Below are positions 33,304 to 42,936 of a DNA stretch of 64,000 bases, piece by piece. Within the stretch, counting starts at the first letter, position 1. Each line of letters starts with the position of its first letter. Below the pieces are notes generated by a model that searched no databases, had not been told where the DNA came from, and worked only from the letters and a program-made list of their open reading frames with translations. Position numbers and translations under genes: made by a program. This DNA is from Ignavibacteriota bacterium (GTDB lineage: Bacteria; Bacteroidota; Ignavibacteria; UBA10030): positions 2,336,001 through 2,400,000 of the forward strand of contig OY969585.1 in the NCBI GenBank assembly GCA_963701295.1, given 5' to 3'.

Positions 33304-33376
33304 GGACAGGTAGCTCAGTTGGTAGAGCAATGGACTGAAAATCCATGTGTCGGGGGTTCAATTCCCTCCCTGTCCA
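33304..33376 (+). tRNA. tRNA-Phe(GAA)
   Basis: Acceptor GGACAGG/CCTGTCC, anticodon arm ATGGA-CTGAAAA-TCCAT; promoter TTGACT-N17-TAGTTT at 33229-33257. Confidence 0.95.
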
Positions 33377-33456
33377 CTCAAAATCGCCATTTCTGACGCT
33401 AAGTGTTACGCACTGCTAACAGTGTGCTAACACTTTTTTGCGTACTGGAGGTAAGT

Positions 33457-34019
33457 ATGGCGTCCCTCATTCAACGTTCCAACGGCTTCTATTATCTTGT
33501 TACCTATCTCAATGGTAAACGTATCTGGCAATCGACTGGATCAAAAACAAAGCCGGGAGCAATTCGATTTATAAAAAGTAAAAAACGAAAATCCAGAAAA
33601 ACGAATAATCTTACTCTAAGTCAATTTAAAACACAATATGTCACCTTTGCTACTGCGAATCTCGCTCCTTCTACCGTCACTCTGTATTCAGGAGCTATCT
33701 CTTCATTCTTAAAATACAGCGGGGATCGTAATCTCTCAGATTATTCTCCTCAAGTGATCGAACAATTTAAAGTCTCTCATTTAAAAAGAGTCTCTTCGAC
33801 AAAAGTTAATATTGATTTTCGATCTCTGAAATCTGTATTTGGAACAGCGGTAAATTGGGGATTGCTACCAGAAAAACCCATTTAAAAGATGTAAGCAACT
33901 GCGACTTCCTCAAATGAGCCCTATTTATCTTACTCCAGAAGATTTCCAGAAATTACTTGCTGTGATTCAATACGATTGGTTCCGAGATATAGTTCGATTT
34001 GCTGTTTCTACGATGATGC
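33457..34019 (+). pseudogene. Truncated tyrosine integrase (N-terminal/SAM part), frameshifted and cut by IS3
   Basis: MASL..R..YY...WQSTG arm-type start, SAM-like core; after a frameshift near 33875 continues NPFKRCK...YLTPEDFQKLL...FAVSTMM and ends at the IS terminus where the catalytic Arg would be. Confidence 0.8.
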
Positions 34020-34129
34020 TGACCTGACCCCGTTGAGTGTGCCAATGATAAGTTAGATTTTTTTCAATATCAAGCATTGGTACTTGCCCCCATCGCAGGT
34101 CCAAGTTCAATGTAAGTTTTTTTGTGATT

Positions 34130-34948
34130 TTATGCTGCAAAGGCTTCAGCATTGCTTGTTTTCATCCTACCTTCCAACGGTGTTCTATAACCTAAAGAGC
34201 TGTGCGGCCTCTGGGTATTGTATTCGTTTCGCCAGGCAGAAAGTTTCTCTTTTGCATCTTCCAGCGACAGGAACCAATGCTGATTTAAACACTCTTGTCT
34301 AAAACGAGAGTTGAACGCTTCCACCAGTGCATTGTCCGATGGTCTGCCCGGACGACTAAAATCCAATTCAACATGATTCCAGTACGCCCATCGATCTAAA
34401 TCCTTCGAGATAAATTCCGGTCCATTGTCCACCTTGATCTGTTTCGGAAATCCATGTTCACGTGTGATTTGTTCTAACGTCGTTGCCACATCGATACCTC
34501 GTATCTTTGCATTTACTTCAAGTGCTAAACATTGCCTGGTGTAATTCTCTAAGATCACCAGCACTCTTAGACGTCTATTGTCAAATAGTTGATCAGAGAC
34601 AAAGTCCATACTCCAACACTCATTCCTCGTCAATGCCGCCGGGCGTATCTCCCGCTTTACACAAGCCACTCTTCGTCGAGGTATTTTCTTACGTATTGAC
34701 AGGCCTTCCATACGATATAGCCTATACACTCTTTTGTGGTTGATCTGCCAACCTTCACGTCTTAAAAGCACATGAAGCCGACGATATCCGTATGCTATGC
34801 GTGTTGCTGCTAACTCCCGCAAGCGCAACCGTAATGGCAGTTGCGGATCTCGAGCGCTTTTTTGGCGATGTGTTGACCGTGGCCATTTCATTACTCTCAA
34901 AGCCCGCCGTTCACTTGCTCCATAGATTGCCTGCACCTCCTGGATCAA
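34130..34948 (-). CDS. IS3 transposase OrfB (DDE)
   Basis: YGYRRL, WSMDF, VDNGPEF, DNALVEAFN, RPHSSLG. Confidence 0.93.
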   Translation of the reverse strand: MIQEVQAIYGASERRALRVMKWPRSTHRQKSARDPQLPLRLRLRELAATRIAYGYRRLHVLLRREGWQINHKRVYRLYRMEGLSIRKKIPRRRVACVKREIRPAALTRNECWSMDFVSDQLFDNRRLRVLVILENYTRQCLALEVNAKIRGIDVATTLEQITREHGFPKQIKVDNGPEFISKDLDRWAYWNHVELDFSRPGRPSDNALVEAFNSRFRQECLNQHWFLSLEDAKEKLSAWRNEYNTQRPHSSLGYRTPLEGRMKTSNAEAFAA

Positions 34949-34968
34949 CTCCCGGCGAAGGGCAGGCT

Positions 34969-35232
34969 TTAGAGCTTTTTTGATAATACTTCCTGCAGCA
35001 TTTGCTTATCGAGTGTCAAATCTGCCACAAGTTGTTTCAATCGGCGATTATCTTCCTCCAGCTGCTTCAGGCGCCGTATCTCCGATACTTCTAAATTTGC
35101 ATAGAGCTTTTTCCATCGATAGAATGTCACATCCGAGACTCCCATCTTTCGGGTGATCTCTCCAATGGGTATCCCTGATGACGCCTGTCTCAAGGCAAAT
35201 GCTATCTGTGCTTCCGTGAATCGTTTCTTCAT
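34969..35232 (-). CDS. IS3 transposase OrfA
   Basis: MKKRFTEAQI...TFYRWKK...LEEDNRRLKQLVADL. Confidence 0.93.
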   Translation of the reverse strand: MKKRFTEAQIAFALRQASSGIPIGEITRKMGVSDVTFYRWKKLYANLEVSEIRRLKQLEEDNRRLKQLVADLTLDKQMLQEVLSKKL

Positions 35233-36502
35233 GGTCTGTTCCTCCTAGCTCCAATAATGTGAATGTAACAAAAAACTAACATTCAAATTGGACCATGATT
35301 CGGGGGGCAGTACCCATTGGCCACCTGATAGGGAATAAATATTTCTGGTGCTGGTGGACGATAACCCAAAGCGCTATGCGGCCTGATCCTGTTGTAATGG
35401 TTCCTCCACTGTTCTATGATTACCCGTGCCTCGATAACTGTATCAAATATTTCTCCGTTTAATAATTCATCTCTGAACTTTCCGTTAAATGATTCGATGT
35501 ATCCGTTTTCCCAGGGACTGCCAGGTTCGATGAAAGCAGTATGAATATTTAAATCTTTCAGCCATTGCCGTATGAGCTGTGCAACAAACTCAGGTCCATT
35601 ATCAGATCGAATGAACTGCGGCGTTCCACGCTGAATAAATACATCAGCTAAGGTGTCAAACATCATTGGCTGTAATCTTTCTGTCTACACGGATAGCCAA
35701 ACATTCCATGGTATATTCATCGATGATGTTCAGCATACGTAAAACTCTTCCATCACTTGTTCGTTCAACGACAAAATCATAACTCCATACGTGATCTTTG
35801 TGTGTCGGACGAAGCCTCACACAAGAACCATCATTGAACCACAGCCGTCTGCGCTTGGGCTGCTTTTGTGGCACTTTTAAGCCCTCTTGTCGCCATATTC
35901 GTGCTACACGTTTATGATTCACTCGCCATCCTTCTGTTCTTAACAGTATTGTTATACGTCTGTATCCATATCGACCGTATTGACATGCAAGTTCTGTAAT
36001 ACGCTTCCTAAGGCGTTCTGTAACCTCGTTCACTTTTGGTTCCTGCCTCTGTGTCGATCTGGGTTGTTCTAATACCCGACAAACTCGTCGTTCTGATACC
36101 ACTATCTGTTCCAGGACTTCTTCCACTGCCCGGCGCTTTTTATCCGGGCTCAGTAGTTTCCCCGGGCTGCCTCCTTGAGAATCGAATTATCGATCGTCAG
36201 ATCAGCTATCACCTTGCGTAAGCGTTGATTCTCTTGCTCCAACTCCTTATACCGTTTGGCTTGATTTACTTGAAGTCCACCGTATTCTTTCCGCCATTTA
36301 TAATAGGTCGCATCGCTGATGCCCAATTGGCGCATTACTTCTTCGATAGTCTGACCTTTTGCAATCATAACATCTGCTTCTCGAAGCTTTGATACAATTG
36401 TTTCCACTGTGTGTCTTTTTTGCCCATTTTGTATATCTCCTTTGACCCATAATACACTTTTTTCTAACTTGTTATGGATCGTTTTATTGGGGCAAGGTCA
36501 TT

Positions 36503-37366
36503 ATGAAATATCTTCTATTGATGATTATAACGATAGCATTGTATGGTTGTGCAAATGTTCCAGGAGTGAGAAATGAAGCCCCGACGATTTCTGATCAACC
36601 ACAATGTAGATCGGTAGTTGAAGCTTTTCTGCGAACTGATACTGTATATCATCCTAAACCACCATACATCGTTCTTAAGAAAAGTCAAGATTTCAATGGG
36701 ACTCGAACCTATCGTGGTGGTATAATCGAGTTGAATGATTCAGGGGTTGTATTTCTTCGTTCAAAAGATGGACAATACTCTGTAGAAACCAAATTCTATC
36801 CTTTCTCAGATATTGAATGCCTAATTGATTCTAATAATCAGATTGTCATTGGTGAATGGAAAAAGAAAATTGGTTTTTGGAATATCGAACTTATGTGTCA
36901 AAAGGAGGGTAATCCAGATGCAGAACTGTTTTCAATAGTTCTTCAACCAAACCAGAAGGTTTCCTATTGTATAGAGCCAGGCGAATACAGAATAGTCTAT
37001 CTACGATTCAGAAGTACTGATAATTACCTGGACTGCAGCGACTCACTATGCTGTAGTCGTTTTACAGTTGCGCGGAATGCAATTACATATATTGGCACTT
37101 TCGAATTAGAATATCGATGGAAACCGTCTTCGGGCATGACGATGATTCCATTTAAAGTTCTTCATCACCAAGGAATGAATTCTACGTATCCACCAATGGG
37201 TTTGGTGGGCGGAGCTTTACAATATTATGCAGATAAAGAGAAGGCTGAAAAGGAGGCGAAAGAAACTCCATTTCATGCTCTTAAAATAATCAACGATTCT
37301 TCTTACGTTCCTTTATTCAAAGAACATTTGCCATTGAATTTTTGTCCTGTCGGAATTCAGAAATAA
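36503..37366 (+). CDS. Hypothetical lipoprotein (cassette gene)
   Basis: Lipobox LYGC; attC begins 6 nt after the stop. Confidence 0.75.
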   Translation: MKYLLLMIITIALYGCANVPGVRNEAPTISDQPQCRSVVEAFLRTDTVYHPKPPYIVLKKSQDFNGTRTYRGGIIELNDSGVVFLRSKDGQYSVETKFYPFSDIECLIDSNNQIVIGEWKKKIGFWNIELMCQKEGNPDAELFSIVLQPNQKVSYCIEPGEYRIVYLRFRSTDNYLDCSDSLCCSRFTVARNAITYIGTFELEYRWKPSSGMTMIPFKVLHHQGMNSTYPPMGLVGGALQYYADKEKAEKEAKETPFHALKIINDSSYVPLFKEHLPLNFCPVGIQK

Positions 37367-37372
37367 TAAGCG

Positions 37373-37530
37373 GCCTAACCAGAAACTCAAACTGACGGTT
37401 GCCAGCTGGGTACGTTAAACATGGCGAACATAGGTTTCAGTTTTAATAATAACTTTTTCAGCATGAACTCATTTCGTTGGGTGCATGTTGCAAATTTGCA
37501 ATGCCGCAGCTTAGCGCCAATCCGTTAGCC
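37373..37530 (+). repeat. attC site 1
   Basis: R'' GCCTAAC, L'' CTCAAACTGAC, L' GCAGCTTAG, R' GTTAGCC. Confidence 0.88.
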
Positions 37531-37552
37531 CGCAGGCATAAATTATAGTCAA

Positions 37553-38656
37553 ATGAAAATGAATCATCCTATAAAAATTCTACTTTTCCTCATCATTACC
37601 TTCCTAGAATTAGGATTTGGTACGACAAGTAAACAAAATATTTCAAAATCACTCGATAAAATAAATAAGCTTAGTCATATCCTTCATACAAATCTTGACA
37701 GTATATTTACAAAAGAATATGTAAAGGCTTTTGGACGAGCGGACGCATCCAATTTATTAAGTCGTGTCGTCGTTTCTTCAAAGAAAGCTCAATATCGGTC
37801 GAATACTAAGAAAGATTATTTTATCCAATTCGATGATATAGTAAATTCAAGAGTTATCTATTTTGGTTTTATTTATCGTTCAAATCAATATGTCTTTTAT
37901 TATCGGCTATGCCTTGAGGGGAAAAATATTACCATTAATTCAATCAACAGAACACTAAAACTGGACTTCGAACAAGAGATTGAAAAAGAAATTGACAAAT
38001 ATCAAACTAAATACGCCAATGATACTCTAGATGACCTTGCCAATGATGCTATATGTACGATAAGGCCGGTCAATTTCACACATAACTCTGGCAACCATTC
38101 TGATTTTCTTGTGTATGTAGAATTCTTTGGAAGCGACATTAGCATGTCTTTTGGATTTGTTTTAGAAAACGGTCAATATTATCCTCGATTCAAATACGTT
38201 GGCGCAGGGAAATCTGCAGTGACCCCTAAGCTTATCGATATTGACTCAGATGGCAAAATGGAGCTTCTTCTAATTGCAGACGAGGCAGGCAATCAAAGTG
38301 GTAAGGACTTTATTACGATCTGGCGATACCAGAGAAAAAGGTTTGAAGAAATATTCAGAGAAGGGCTTTCTGAAGGTTACATGTATTGTCCATATTTCTA
38401 TCATAATAGTTATTCATTTATAAAAAATCCTATCAATAATAAGATGCTCGATATATCATTTCACGTCAGCACAGATACAGAGTTTTTCGATGTGAAGGAG
38501 CCGATTTCCTTTTATAAGAGATATGGAAATTTTTTACCTAAAAAGGATTCTACGATCTTTGTTTTTAATGGCACGAAATATATTCCCAAGAAGAAGTTTT
38601 ATGATTATCGTGCTTTTTTCAGACGATGGTGTAAAGAAAATAATTTTAGAGAATAA
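37553..38656 (+). CDS. Hypothetical exported protein (cassette gene)
   Basis: Signal-like N-terminus, DIDSDGKMEL motif; bounded by GTTAGCCCGC upstream and its exact complement GCGGGCTAAC downstream. Confidence 0.75.
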   Translation: MKMNHPIKILLFLIITFLELGFGTTSKQNISKSLDKINKLSHILHTNLDSIFTKEYVKAFGRADASNLLSRVVVSSKKAQYRSNTKKDYFIQFDDIVNSRVIYFGFIYRSNQYVFYYRLCLEGKNITINSINRTLKLDFEQEIEKEIDKYQTKYANDTLDDLANDAICTIRPVNFTHNSGNHSDFLVYVEFFGSDISMSFGFVLENGQYYPRFKYVGAGKSAVTPKLIDIDSDGKMELLLIADEAGNQSGKDFITIWRYQRKRFEEIFREGLSEGYMYCPYFYHNSYSFIKNPINNKMLDISFHVSTDTEFFDVKEPISFYKRYGNFLPKKDSTIFVFNGTKYIPKKKFYDYRAFFRRWCKENNFRE

Positions 38657-38664
38657 TGCCAGCG

Positions 38665-38784
38665 GGCTAACCAGGCGCTCAAGCTCGACCTGACTGGTAT
38701 CGGGAGATAAATGAGCAGGCGAAGGAGAATTGAATTGTAATTAACCTATTTTAAGTGCTACAGCTTAGTTGCCAACCGTTAGGC
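38665..38784 (+). repeat. attC site 2
   Basis: GGCTAAC-CAGGC-GCTCAAGCT...CAGCTTAG...GTTAGGC. Confidence 0.85.
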
Positions 38785-38833
38785 GCAATAACTGTATCAA
38801 AAAAAATACATATAGTTATTTATATTTTTATAA

Positions 38834-39247
38834 ATGAAGAAGGCAATTCTTATGGATATAATGGAGAATAAAGAAACGTTATATAAATGTATAGAAATAT
38901 ATAACAAATGTACCCTAGAATGGGTTGATACTTTTTACTCAAAAGATTTAATTTGGAAAGAGTTACCAACAACAACTTTTCCAAAAGGAAGATCAGGAGG
39001 GTTTAAAGAATTTCGTGAAGCAGCCGAACAACGATTAAGGCTATTCCCTAAAAATTCTTTAACTGTAGTAAAATGTGTTGCAGAAAACGATTATGTTGTA
39101 TCTGAACAAGACTTGAAAGGGACACTTGCTATTTCAGTAGGAAACTATAAAGCAGGTGATGAAAGCAGATTAAAGATTGTTACATTTTTTAAATTAAAAA
39201 ATAATCAAATTATTGAACACACTGACTTTGTTGTTTCAATTCAATAA
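38834..39247 (+). CDS. SnoaL/NTF2-like protein (cassette gene)
   Basis: 137 aa, FYSKD..W..P, VAENDYVVSE, FFKLKNNQIIEHTDF. Confidence 0.75.
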   Translation: MKKAILMDIMENKETLYKCIEIYNKCTLEWVDTFYSKDLIWKELPTTTFPKGRSGGFKEFREAAEQRLRLFPKNSLTVVKCVAENDYVVSEQDLKGTLAISVGNYKAGDESRLKIVTFFKLKNNQIIEHTDFVVSIQ

Positions 39248-39264
39248 AACTAAAAATAATATCA

Positions 39265-39408
39265 ATTATTAATACCATTACTATGCCACACAGTGCGTTA
39301 GGATACCGTCCAACAGCACTAGAAACTTATTTCCCTTGTCAAGTGGCAAGTGCTTGATATTGAAAAAAATCCAACTTATCATTAGCTCATATTCTGAGGA
39401 GTAGGTCA
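39265..39408 (+). mobile_element. 3' remnant of the outer-type IS3 (orfB tail plus right end)
   Basis: Encodes PHSALGYRPTALETYFPCQVASA*; TGCTTGATATTGAAAAAAATC.AACTTATCATT...GGTCA matches the reverse complement of 34020-34076. Confidence 0.8.
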
Positions 39409-39521
39409 GAGATTTCGTGTTCTTTGCGGTCAAGCCACAAAGGCCGCCAGAAAAAAAACATGTCTTCCGAAGTACACAAAAGGAAGGTTCAAGGGTCACT
39501 TTTTATGGGAATCTGCGAATC

Positions 39522-41951
39522 ATGAAAAAATATTTGATCATCCTGCTTTTTCTGATCGAACAGCTCGACGCACAAACGATTGATCAGATCGAAAAAAACC
39601 GGATCATTCTTCCCAACGGGTGGTCATTAACCCCGGTGGGGAAAAGTCTGCCTCTCGGTGATCTCCCGCTTAATCTTGCTGTCTCACCAGATAAAAAAAT
39701 GCTCGCAGTCACCAACAATGGACAAAGCACGCAGAGTATCCAGCTTATTAATATCTTCAAAGGCATGATCACCGACACGAAAGAGGTTCGAATTGCTTGG
39801 CTGGGACTTGCATGGAGTAACGATTCCAGAACACTTTACGCCTCGGGCGGCAACGGGAATTACATAATGCAGTTCGATGTTCGAAACGGCAAAATCATGC
39901 CCCGTGACAGCATCGTCGTTGGAAGACCGTGGCCCGAAGAAATCTCCGTCGCCGGAATCGCGCTTGATGATGACCGTCATCTACTGTATGCCGTGACAAA
40001 AGAAAACAATTCGCTCTACGTGATCAATGTGAAAGAGAAAAAGGTTGTGAAAACCATTCCCCTCGGTGGTGAAGGATATACATGCATTCTTTCGCCGGAT
40101 AAAAAGATGCTCTATGCTTCCTGCTGGGGTTGTGATAAAGTAGTGATATTCGATACACAAAAAATGGCGATTGCCGGATCGGTTGTTGTCGGCGATAATC
40201 CGAATGAGCTGCTTTTAAACTCTAACGGTTCACTGCTCTATGTGGCGAATGTAAACGACAATTCGGTCTCAGTCATCGATAGACGCCGGCGGAAAGTGAT
40301 TGAAACGTTAAACGCTGCCCTCTACCCTGATGCGCCGAGCGGATCGACCACAAACGGCATTGCTCTGAGTAAGGACGAAAAAACACTTTACGTCGCCAAC
40401 GCCGATAATAATTGTTTGGCGGTGTTTGATGTGGCACGACCCGGCCATAGCAAAAGCAGGGGGTTTATTCCGACCGGGTGGTATCCCACCTGTGTCCGTG
40501 TTGTGGACAATACAATTTTTGTCGCCAATGGAAAAGGATATTCCTCCCTGCCGAACCCGCACGGTCCGAATCCGATGAAGAAAGAAACAAAAGTGGAATA
40601 CCAGAAAGGAATCGAGTCTGCCGAAAAAGAGCAGTACATCGCAGGCTTGTTCATCGGCCGACTTGGCATTATTCAAGTTCCTAATGAAAAACAGCTTTCC
40701 AAGTATTCACAGGTCGTTTATCGAAACACACCCTATTCGAAAGAAAAAGAGACACAAAGCTCTGGGCGACCGGGTAATCCGATCCCCATGAAATCAGGCG
40801 ACACTTCACCAATCAAGCATGTCTTCTATATCATCAAGGAAAACCGGACATACGACCAGGTGTTGAGTGATATCCCCGGAGGAAATAGCGACACTTCTCT
40901 GCTCCTTTTTGGTGAAAAAGTGACGCCGAACCAGCATGCACTTGTAAAAGAATTTGTCCTCTTCGATAATTTCTATGTCGATGGAGAGGTCAGTGCCGAC
41001 GGCCATAACTGGAGCCTCGGCGCATATGCAACGGATTATCTCGAAAAGAACTGGCCCACGGTTTATGGAAATCGCGGCGGTTCGTTTGACGCAGCAGGAA
41101 CGCGCGATATTGCGAATAATAAAAATGGATTTATCTGGGATTTCTGCAAACGGTACGGGATCACGTATCGGACATACGGCGAATTCATGGACGACTATAA
41201 ACCGAATATCCCGGCGCTTGAAAATCACTTCTGCCCGTATTACACGAGCTGGGACCAGACGGTGATGGACACAACCAGGTTACGACAGTGGAAACGGGAA
41301 TTCGATTCGCTCCTCACAATCGGAGCAGTTCCGCAACTCAACACGCTCTGGTTCATCAACGACCATACCGAAGGACTTAAACTCGGGCGACCGACACCGA
41401 TAGCCGAAGTAGCAGATAACGATCTGGCAGTCGGTCTTTTTATCGACTATCTGAGTCACAGTAGCATCTGGGACAGTAGCGTCGTCTTCATCGTGGAAGA
41501 TGACGCTCAGGACGGACCCGACCATGTGGACGCACATCGAAGCACATTGTATCTTGCGGGCGGATTTGTAAAACGACACTACATCGATCATACGATGTAT
41601 TCCACGTCGAGTGTATTGCGAACGATCGAACTGATTCTGGGACTACCACCCATGAGTCAATATGATGCCGCCGCTGAACCACTCTGGAGAAGTTTTACAG
41701 ACACTATTAATGTATCCGCCTTCAATTCAATTTATGCAAAAGTGGATTTATTTGAAAAGAATACTGCGATGAATGAATGGCAACGGAAGAGTGACCAGTT
41801 CGATTTCGGTAAAGAAGATCGCGTCCCTAATGTCATGTTTAATGAAGTCCTTTGGGCTGCAATAAAAGGAGGCCGTATCCCGTGTCCATCTCCGCGGCAC
41901 GCTGCCTTTGTGAATTCTGTTGTTGGACAGGAAAACCAAGGTAACGAATAA
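39522..41951 (+). CDS. YncE-like beta-propeller / phosphoesterase (alkaline phosphatase superfamily) fusion
   Basis: LPNGWSLTP, LYVAN repeats, PIKHVFYIIKENRTYDQV, SADGHNW, EDDAQDGPDHVDAHRS. Confidence 0.9.
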   Translation: MKKYLIILLFLIEQLDAQTIDQIEKNRIILPNGWSLTPVGKSLPLGDLPLNLAVSPDKKMLAVTNNGQSTQSIQLINIFKGMITDTKEVRIAWLGLAWSNDSRTLYASGGNGNYIMQFDVRNGKIMPRDSIVVGRPWPEEISVAGIALDDDRHLLYAVTKENNSLYVINVKEKKVVKTIPLGGEGYTCILSPDKKMLYASCWGCDKVVIFDTQKMAIAGSVVVGDNPNELLLNSNGSLLYVANVNDNSVSVIDRRRRKVIETLNAALYPDAPSGSTTNGIALSKDEKTLYVANADNNCLAVFDVARPGHSKSRGFIPTGWYPTCVRVVDNTIFVANGKGYSSLPNPHGPNPMKKETKVEYQKGIESAEKEQYIAGLFIGRLGIIQVPNEKQLSKYSQVVYRNTPYSKEKETQSSGRPGNPIPMKSGDTSPIKHVFYIIKENRTYDQVLSDIPGGNSDTSLLLFGEKVTPNQHALVKEFVLFDNFYVDGEVSADGHNWSLGAYATDYLEKNWPTVYGNRGGSFDAAGTRDIANNKNGFIWDFCKRYGITYRTYGEFMDDYKPNIPALENHFCPYYTSWDQTVMDTTRLRQWKREFDSLLTIGAVPQLNTLWFINDHTEGLKLGRPTPIAEVADNDLAVGLFIDYLSHSSIWDSSVVFIVEDDAQDGPDHVDAHRSTLYLAGGFVKRHYIDHTMYSTSSVLRTIELILGLPPMSQYDAAAEPLWRSFTDTINVSAFNSIYAKVDLFEKNTAMNEWQRKSDQFDFGKEDRVPNVMFNEVLWAAIKGGRIPCPSPRHAAFVNSVVGQENQGNE

Positions 41952-42323
41952 TGCGAAGACAACGATTGTCATTTTCAGTGCATGGGGATACCTGGCATTA
42001 CGCAATTTGTAAGTGATACTGCAAAACTTATAATAACAGACATGAAAGCATCAACTCGAATGATCGCGGGAACATTTTCATTCCATATAGTGTCTGCCTG
42101 GTCTGACTCAGTTTTAGTTTTCTCCGATGCCGAGAAATCGTCAGCTTTTGCTATAGGAGCATATAAATTTCAGCCATTGCAATAGTTTACAACAAAAGAG
42201 GGATCGCAGGTCTAATGCTTAATCAAAAGAATAAAGCGCTGATGGATTTTAAAAGAGCGATAGAATTGGGATATCAGATCTCTTCATGAGACTCTGGATT
42301 TGTGTGGGCAAAAGTGAGTATAT

Positions 42324-42500
42324 GGTCATTTTGCCATCTCGCCAGATGCCTTAGGGGTTGTGACAGTATGGCGAAATGTCGAATATGGGACCCGCTTTTA
42401 AGCCTTACAGGAGTTTCAGGAGTATCTTCTGCTTCGATATACCAGAGGAATCAATGTCGAGGGGATGGCGAAAGTGGTTTTGCTATAATTTTTTTGGAAA
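42324..42500 (+). repeat. Structured non-coding repeat, copy A
   Basis: First 70 nt are 67/70 identical to 51564-51633; both copies end AAAGTGGTTTTGCTATAATTTTT. Confidence 0.8.
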
Positions 42501-42936
42501 TTATTTTCATTCCCTATGGCGGATCGTTTTCTAAATTTTTGTTTGTATTTAGAAAAAGGTCATTATATGCTCCATTTATAGGCTATTGCGCAGTCTTTGC
42601 AAGCAACAAAAATATCTCTTGCATTTGAAATTGAAAGTATTTACTTTTTTGCCAGCTGTTTACGAACGCCGGCTTGTCCGCCATAATTAGCTTATCTCCT
42701 GATAGCGGATGGACAATCCCGAAAACAGCTCCGACGCCGACGAATTCCTGATAGAAATTTTCTGAATACACACTGATCTGCCGCATGATGGTTTACGGTG
42801 GACGAATGTGTTCCAGCAATGTTCCTTAAAGGGGAAAATCTTTTCGTGCCAATGCTTTTTCGTTATTTTGAGGAATACGCCAAAGAGGTTAGACAACTTC
42901 GCGAAATTATGACGAACCAATATAGGAGGGAATTTT

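Larger units (their letters stand above)
34079..35314 (-). mobile_element. IS3-family element (inner), apparently intact
   Basis: IRs GGTACTTGCCCCC / GGGGGGCAGTACC, 4-bp direct repeat CATT (34075-78, 35315-18), A6G slippery site between orfA and orfB. Confidence 0.9.
34020..36500 (-). mobile_element. IS3-family element (outer), frameshifted, carrying a nested IS3
   Basis: Terminal IRs TGACCTGACCCC (34020) / GGGGCAAGGTCA (36500); orfA 36150-36427; orfB split 35656-36126 and 35283-35666 (WSYDF, SDNGPEF, PWENGYIESFN). Confidence 0.9.

Noticed and set aside
33403-34019. Truncated integrase as the integron integrase IntI
   Set aside because: Phage-type N-terminus, co-oriented with the cassettes and tRNA-adjacent; no IntI features or attI visible
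41982-42300. Short ORF fragments, including a possible TPR tail (DFKRAIELGY)
   Set aside because: Too short and broken to assign
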